From the NCBI GenBank assembly GCA_905178155.1, contig CAJINV010000008.1, positions 4,055,420-4,119,419 of the forward strand: a stretch of 64,000 nt of DNA. The letters run 5' to 3'. A model generated the notes under the pieces. It was not told the origin of the DNA, searched no databases, and saw only the letters and a list, made by a program, of their open reading frames with translations. Made by a program: the position numbers and the translations under genes. Origin of the DNA: Amoebophrya sp. A120. Its lineage: Eukaryota > Protista > Dinoflagellata. This document shows positions 60,171-64,000 of the stretch, one piece after another (the first letter of the stretch is position 1; each line of letters starts with the position of its first letter).

Positions 60171-62193
60171 GTAGACCTGCTGCATTTGCGGAAGATTTTA
60201 AGTCGTGATCCTAGCTTGTTGGGCGACGTTTTTTTGTCATGCAGAGGCAGGATGATGCAAGAAGCAGGTGCTGCCCTAGTTTCACGTGGCGCGAGGAAAT
60301 GCAAATACTTCTAAAAGTCGAAAACCTTACTTTTCTTCAAGGCCCGCTGAAAGAAGAAGTGTGAGAAGAATGAAGTTTTACTTCGCGGGGAAGAGTCAAT
60401 AATATCTTCGAAGATGCACTAGGAGAACTAACACCAACACGAATCGCAGTCGTGGAGATGAACGAAGCTAGTTTTGAAGGACATGCTCCAGACCATTCCT
60501 GACGACGCGACGGACAACCAGAGAAGAAACAGGCCTCTGGATCGTGGAAAAATGAAACTGAATTAGTCGACGCGAGGACACCACGACGGAGAACTACAAG
60601 TGGCGGCATCGTGCAGCGACCCTCCGCTCGGAAGAAGTTGATTTATATGGAAAAACCGAACATCATCATTCCCCTCGCTGAAAAGTGTAGAATAGCAAAT
60701 GAAGTTTCCTCAGCACGAGCGTATGAGAATTTTTACTCGTGTTGAGATGAAATTAACTCAAAGCCTCCGCCTTCTTGCAGGTTGTTCTAATTTACTTTAC
60801 ACAGGTTCTTGTAGATCATGAAGACGATTTCCAATTTCGACGACGAGTACGGGTTTCTTTTTGTGTAGAAATTTGAAACTCGCCTTGTGCATACGTCAGA
60901 GCCCGAAAATTGTTGCACTTCGGCAAACATTTGACTTTTTGTAGTAGAGGCGGAAAAGAAGAAAGACCCGATCATGCAACGAACGATTCTGCACGATTGT
61001 GAAAGACACGCGTCTGGGTCTGTAGCAAGCTGCAACTACTCTCAATTGGGATATAAAAATGATTGGACTCGAGCAACAGTAAAATCTTCCTCTACTCGCA
61101 AAAAAACCAAACAACCTTTAACTACTGCCAAAGAAATTTTTTCCTCCATTGCTATTACTACCCGTGCCTTTTTATCAATCGAACCTATCATAAGTACGTA
61201 CCCAAGATACTAGCGAATGGTGCAGTCACTCGACCTCTGTCTTATGATCTGATTACGAATTTTTTACAAATAAACAGCATACGAGGCAGATTTTGGTTAA
61301 AATGCTGAAAGATTAAATCGCTACATCGTATACCTTGGATCGTGACTGGGATACCAACATAAGACCATCACTTCTACTTACCTTGCAGCGCGAGCAGCTG
61401 GAGCAGATCTATGGTGACTCTTGACGCCATCCGCTCTGGATCTACTTCGCGTCCCTTTAATACCCAAGCACATGATGAGTGACGAGCGTCGTGACAAGAT
61501 TTGAAATGTACAATTACGAAGAGTATGTTTCGGGTGGATTTTGCAGGAAAATGATGAAAATAAAAACGATGAAAAATCTGCACCTCGCACTTTTATATTT
61601 ACAGTGGACAACCGACTAATGTTCACGGTCGTGTCTCACTGAGTGGACTGCGCATTCTGCGCGACAAAATCGTCTGGCATTCCCAAGTGACAGCTTCATT
61701 TATGCCCGTTCTTTACCCTGCTAGGGAAACACAGAGCCCCTACTTTGTCGTCCACTTTGGGCGAGGGCGAAGTCAGTCTGGTATAAAAATCCTCCAGCGA
61801 GTTGAAGTTGATCGTCATCGTGATCATAGTGGACTTCCATAGTACCCATGGCCATCGTCAGGATTCGTCCCTCAGTTCACCATCGTTGTCGCAATGGAGT
61901 TGGGCTCACGCTAAGGAACAAGGATTTTTCATTCTCCTAACGAAGCTGCAGTCGTGTAGAAGAGTTGTAAAACTTGACTGAGAACAAGATGCAGAATGTA
62001 GTTGCCGTGGCGGCTGCGTTGTGGAGGCCACCCGACCGTCCGTAAAGATGAAGATCTAGCTTTATCTCCGTTCACGTGTAGACTAAAGTCGTCGTCGACA
62101 TGTTGAAGATCTCCTTTTAATACCTGACACGACTCCGATCCTAAGCCAGCTTCGACGTTTTCACCTTCAGACTCAGTAGAAAATATTAAACAC

Positions 62194-64000
62194 ATGATTT
62201 TAAATAGAAGCTTTACCCCCCCTCACGAACCGCAGGACGCCGCAACCTCGTGGCTTTTGGTTTCTTTTTTCATCATCATGCGGGGGTTTCTGCACCGAGT
62301 AGATCGCTCTTGCGCGGCCGCGGCCACTTCTGCAGTGGTCAGCGCTACCAGTAGTTCATCTACCTCCCCTACTAGCACTAAAAGAGCCGCACGGTTTCAT
62401 GTTTCTTCCGGAGATAGAAGTACTTCCCGCTCTCATTTCATTACTCTAGTCGTCTTTCTCTTTTTCATTTTCGCGCACCAGCATGATTTATGTGGTATTA
62501 CCTTCCTCGCAACCGCGACCTACCACCCTCTCCTACGTACCAAAAGTTGTACGAAGAATTTCGCAGGGAATGACAATAAAGGTGATCAGCCTAACGGAGA
62601 TCATCAGATGGCAAAAACTGCGGCTGAAATAAAGGCCGCGATTTTGAGCCATTTTTCCTTGCACCTGGTCCCAGCGGACAGAAACACGTCCTCGCAAGAA
62701 CGGCAGAAAAATCGTTGTTCCAGTGAACAAGACTCTGCGCAGCAGCTACAGGCAAGCCCGCCTCTACTTCGAAGAGATGGGGGGCTTTTTCAAGAATATA
62801 ATGCAGCAGGTGGACGGGACGAGGCGGTAGAGGAAGAGGACCACGATCATCAGAGGCAACGAGCCAAGCGAGATGAAAAAACTAGAGCTCCACTCGAGGA
62901 CCACGACGATCCTAACAGACCGAGTCTTCTGCTGCTCCCCGAGACATCTCTGGCCAGCCTGGCTGCGAGGCAGCTAGCAGAAACTCGAGAAGATGCTATT
63001 TCCCGGACGAGGATGATGGCACTTCATCGAAGGAAAGCGTGGCAGGAGCACGCTTCTCCTGCTGGTGCGACCGCAGCGAGGGCCCAGAACGGTGAGCAAT
63101 ACGAGGATAGAAGTGCTGATCGTGTACTGCCGAGTACTACATCACGGGTTGCATCTAGTAATACGCCCGATCGGACGAGTGCGGCCTCCAGTTCCAGTTC
63201 CAGTTTTTCAACAAGCTCATCTAGTACTAGCAGAGGCAGCTCGTCGGTGGAAGAAGCCACAAATGCAGCGCCGGCACCAGAGGGAGCTCGACCCAGAGGA
63301 CTGCCAGTATTTCTCATGCGGCCAAACTATGGAAAAGTCCTGCAAGTGGACGGGCTGCAGTTTCAGATCAGCGTAAAAAGGGATGTCGAACGAAGAGGTA
63401 GCCCGCAGGTTGGTGAAGAACCCAGTGCCAGGTGCAGCGGCCACGGTCGAAAAATTGGGACAGCAGCACCACCGGAAGGAGATCCTCCTCGTTGTGGCCG
63501 CATTTTTGCGCAAACAGGAGCTCCAACTTCATGCAGCCTTTTGAATCATGAAAGGTCCGCGCCAGGAGGCTGTGGGCGACCACAAAGTTGTGCAGCAAGA
63601 GATGAAACAGGAGAAGCTGCATCTGCCCCATCTTCCTGTTTCTCCGGCCTGTTCGAAGCCAGCAAGCGCACGCTGGCGTCATGGTCATCACCGACTTCTT
63701 CTTGCGCGGGCAGCGCTTTGGATGCGGACCTACTTCGTGATGTCCTCGGGAAAAAGCGGGGGCGCACAGAACAGGACCACGGTAAGAACGACTGCGGTCG
63801 TCGGTGTGAGGCACCAGCTACCTCAGCAACACGTTGTGCTGGAGCCGCGTGGAGGTCATGGCCTCAACAAGGACGTGGACAAGAAATGAAGCCCTCGTAC
63901 AACACCGCCGAGAGGCCCTCCTCGTCTGTCGGTGAGCGAAAAGTCGTAGTGACCGGGAACTTTTTGTCCTACCACGAGGAGAAACGTGCGGGGGAAAATT
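62194..64000 (+). CDS. Hypothetical protein, 3'-partial (absent from the ORF track because it has no stop in the window)
   Basis: Frame read manually as open from ATG 62194 (or 62278) to the window end, about 600 codons; hydrophobic FITLVVFLFFIFA near the N-terminus; S/A/G-rich. Confidence 0.65.
   Translation, partial: MILNRSFTPPHEPQDAATSWLLVSFFIIMRGFLHRVDRSCAAAATSAVVSATSSSSTSPTSTKRAARFHVSSGDRSTSRSHFITLVVFLFFIFAHQHDLCGITFLATATYHPLLRTKSCTKNFAGNDNKGDQPNGDHQMAKTAAEIKAAILSHFSLHLVPADRNTSSQERQKNRCSSEQDSAQQLQASPPLLRRDGGLFQEYNAAGGRDEAVEEEDHDHQRQRAKRDEKTRAPLEDHDDPNRPSLLLLPETSLASLAARQLAETREDAISRTRMMALHRRKAWQEHASPAGATAARAQNGEQYEDRSADRVLPSTTSRVASSNTPDRTSAASSSSSSFSTSSSSTSRGSSSVEEATNAAPAPEGARPRGLPVFLMRPNYGKVLQVDGLQFQISVKRDVERRGSPQVGEEPSARCSGHGRKIGTAAPPEGDPPRCGRIFAQTGAPTSCSLLNHERSAPGGCGRPQSCAARDETGEAASAPSSCFSGLFEASKRTLASWSSPTSSCAGSALDADLLRDVLGKKRGRTEQDHGKNDCGRRCEAPATSATRCAGAAWRSWPQQGRGQEMKPSYNTAERPSSSVGERKVVVTGNFLSYHEEKRAGEN

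Noticed and set aside
60992-61025. GTCTGGGTCTG resembling a family A left end in intergenic DNA
   Set aside because: No matching right TIR or TSD could be found; at most a decayed remnant.
1-64000. Genome-wide stop-codon reassignment
   Set aside because: Only one internal stop was found among the exons I translated; TAA, TGA and apparently TAG terminate genes at plausible positions.

Overview
Eukaryotic, intron-rich genomic DNA. The architecture (all genes on one strand, exons split by short TIR- and direct-repeat-bounded non-GT-AG introns) strongly suggests the syndinean dinoflagellate parasite Amoebophrya or a relative; this is inferred, not database-confirmed. I reconstructed 12 protein-coding genes by hand, all on +: four hypothetical proteins, a flavin amine oxidase, a GH31 glycosidase, a K+-dependent V-H+-pyrophosphatase, an RIIa+EF-hand RSP7-like protein, an EF-hand protein, an ABCG half-transporter, an aromatic amino acid hydroxylase, and an intronless 2OG-Fe(II) dioxygenase::thymidylate kinase fusion carrying one in-frame TAG. 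About 43 introner-like elements (roughly 110-400 bp, TA...TA termini, 5-bp target-site duplications, several TIR families) interrupt the exons. In the junctions I translated, removing the element plus 5 nt restores the frame. Highlights are: (1) splice geometry readable from asymmetric TSD decay, orientation-independent insertion, a motif shared across families and a nested element; (2) a 5.16-kb GC-rich, apparently non-coding TIR element with a central inverted repeat at its midpoint, twin zero-spacer palindromes and an internal inverted duplication; (3) the dioxygenase-dTMP kinase fusion, a candidate nucleotide-level thymine-modification enzyme. Exon boundaries and percent identities are by eye and need RNA-seq or alignment confirmation.
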